64,000 nucleotides of DNA from Phoronis australis (taxonomy: Eukaryota; Animalia; Phoronida), in contig NMRA01000005.1 of the NCBI GenBank assembly GCA_002633005.1, positions 704,891 through 768,890 of the forward strand. The letters run 5' to 3'. Below the pieces are notes generated by a model. That model was given only the letters and a program-made list of their open reading frames with translations, had not been told where the DNA came from and searched no databases. Below, one piece after another: positions 61,621 to 64,000 of this stretch (position 1 is its first letter; every line of letters starts with the position of its first letter). Both the position numbers and the translations under genes were made by a program.

Positions 61621-64000
61621 CAGTGGCGGATCTACGTTTTCAGCAAGGGGGGGTTTAGGATTCCCGCCAGGGTCGAATCCTAGGCGCGTAGCGCAAAGCG
61701 GGGGAGGTTCGGAGGGGGGTTTCCCCTCCCGTGTAAGATATTTTTTTGTTTTTGTAGCCAAATGGTGAAATTTCCATGCATCCTAGTAAGTTTCTGTCAC
61801 TTAACATGTCTCTGGAGTTTTTCTTAAGATAATTAAAAACCGTTCTCGATTTCGTCATATGAACTTGGCACATAAGTTTCGTGAAACCATATTGGGCACA
61901 TCTGGGTATGAGTCACGCCACCAGCAAAAATTTTTGTTGGAACATCTGCTTGCACACACTTTTTTTGGCATACGAAAAGTCGTATACGAAAAAGTGTGGT
62001 GTGTATACAGGGGTTTAGGCAATTTCCAAATATTCAAGAGCATAATTAAGGAGCACCGAGGTGGCGTAAAAACTTGAATATCAGATGATCGCGTAACAGC
62101 AGCCTCAAGTTGTTTAAGAACGAAGACCTGTACTGTCCGGAAATAAACATGTGTTCTGTCTCGTTACGAGAAAAACTGGCGAACGATGGTGCTCTCAACT
62201 CATAGTCTATTATTAAAAGCGACAATAAATAATTAGGTATCACTTTATTAAGCTGAATCACGTTGACAACACTTGAAAAACGTCAAATCTATCAGGAAAC
62301 AAATCATCTGAAAACAGTTTCACGAAACCAAAACATCCTGTGCACAGTGGTGAAAAGATACACTGGACTAGTTTGCAGAGGGACCAGATGTACACTGAGA
62401 GTACACAAAAAGCTGACCTGGTCCATCACGAGACCAAGAGTACACTGACCTGTGCTTATTATCCGTTCAAAAATAGTCGATCTGTCGCGGGACCAAACAG
62501 TACTGGCTGAGATAAATAGTTCTACAAAGCACACTTTGGTAAAAAAATCACAAGACTAGTTCGCCGAGGGACCAGAAGTACAGTGAAACTCAACATCTTC
62601 ACAAATCAAGCAGGCCTGGTCCGACGCGAGACCTAAAGTGTACTATGCAAAAAATTTTGAATTGAAAACTTCTCTCTAAAATTTTAATCCCCAGTGGTTA
62701 CTCATACGTTAGTCCTATCCTTCTGTTGTCTGGACTGCCAAGGAATGTGTATATCGGATCCAATGATTTGCTCGTCTTGGAACCATTCTACCCAGATATC
62801 TTCGATGTTTGTTCCCAAAGCTTGCACTTCGTCAACTGCTGTGTCAATGAGCTTGTAAGCCTCTACAATGTCAGCATCTCGTTTCGCAGCTCAGTTGACA
62901 CTAAGACCCTTGAGGTTGCCAAGTCCATTCAAAAGACTTACATGTGCAACTAAATTTGATCCGTTCATCATGGACTACTTCAAACCTTGACAAAGAATCC
63001 CAGGACCTATTTGCATCTCTTGCAATTTTCGAAATAGACGTCCCAATGTCTGAACGCTTGAAACCCGAAATACTAATATCAAATAAATGCCCATGGGCAT
63101 GAGCGTTTCATCGGGTGAGCCTTTCTGCGGAAATTCCCAGTATGGAAGACGGCAGTGTGCTTATTGCAGGTAGACAGACAGTAGGTGTTGAGGTTGGAAC
63201 TAGGGCTCCTTAGGAGGCCTATTGAACATCGCACGAGTCTCGCAAGACTTTGTTGTGAAAGAACAGCCTCCCCGCAATTTGTGGTACTGTACACTTTTCG
63301 CGAATGCGGTCACTTTCTCAATGTGAGTGGCTCCTTGGTCATTCCTAGAATGTGTCTTCAAACGGAATTGCGACCAGACCACGGTGCCCGCCACAATAGC
63401 AATTCTTCGGAAAAAGAATTTTTTGCAAAAATATTACATGTACATGTACATGTACACAATATTACATGTACATGTACACTGTATGATATTGCGCAAGACA
63501 ACTTTACTATACACCAGCAGTTACAAACGTGTTGAGTGTAATAGAATGACACGGCATGACAGATGAGGTAAAAACGATGCACGTCAATTCGCCTGAATAT
63601 CAGGGTTGCGGCACCGCAGTATTTCCCCTAATCAAATCAAAATATATCTTAGAGTAAAGAAGCTAGTTACATAAAGAAATCAGCTATAGAACTGCTCTTT
63701 CAGCGGTGAGTCCATCTAAAATGCTTGGCTACTTCAGAAGTGTCGACGGAAGCGCGCGCACACAATAAATCCCCGCGCGTTTTTGCTGATGAGCCACAAA
63801 GACTCAGCAATTCACAATGCAAAAAACTATATTTTCAGAGTGAACCCCCCCCCTTCAATTTTTTTAAGTTGGTTTACTTGGGGTTTACACACGCTGGCGG
63901 TGCCGTTTTTGTTTTACTGGAGACGCTTTTGTTTTTTTTTTAATTTTTGGGTCCTGGCCCAAGGGGGGGTTTAAACCCCCTGAACCCCCCCCCGTAGATC
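61621..64000 (-). mobile_element. Non-autonomous hAT-family DNA transposon, copy 2 (inverted; far TIR runs off the window edge)
   Basis: Starts cagtggcggatctacgttttcagc; reverse complement closely matches 38024-39904, plus ~510 bp extra at about 63020-63531; window ends in ...cgtagatc (TIR). Confidence 0.88.

Overview
Eukaryotic, intron-rich, repeat-rich DNA, probably from a marine invertebrate (the chitin-binding/VWA protein suggests a spiralian; the species cannot be determined). Most ORFs in the six-frame track are spurious. Manual splicing (GT-AG sites plus reading-frame phase) gives three multi-exon genes. (1) + strand, ~2.1-16.9 kb: a SHIPPO/PGP-repeat (ODF3/STPG-family) ciliary/sperm-tail protein in which every intron is phase 1. 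(2) - strand, 19.1-26.5 kb: a secreted 434-aa protein with signal peptide, three variant chitin-binding type-2 domains and a C-terminal VWA domain. (3) - strand, 35.4-58.0 kb: a 16-exon, 859-aa protein joining a RIG-I/MAVS-like CARD, an IRAK/Pelle-like kinase with a tyrosine-kinase-type catalytic loop, an atypical RING-like finger, a metacaspase-type (YSGHG...DCC) protease domain and an unassigned C-terminal domain. Gene 3 is the main candidate for an undescribed innate-immunity/cell-death system. Also present: two inverted copies of a non-autonomous hAT element (5-bp TSD on one), L1/Tx1 LINE fragments (one with a 14-bp TSD), a Penelope GIY-YIG remnant, tRNA-derived SINE heads, MITEs, minisatellites and a 449-bp N gap. 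All domain calls come from reading motifs by eye; no database search was run.
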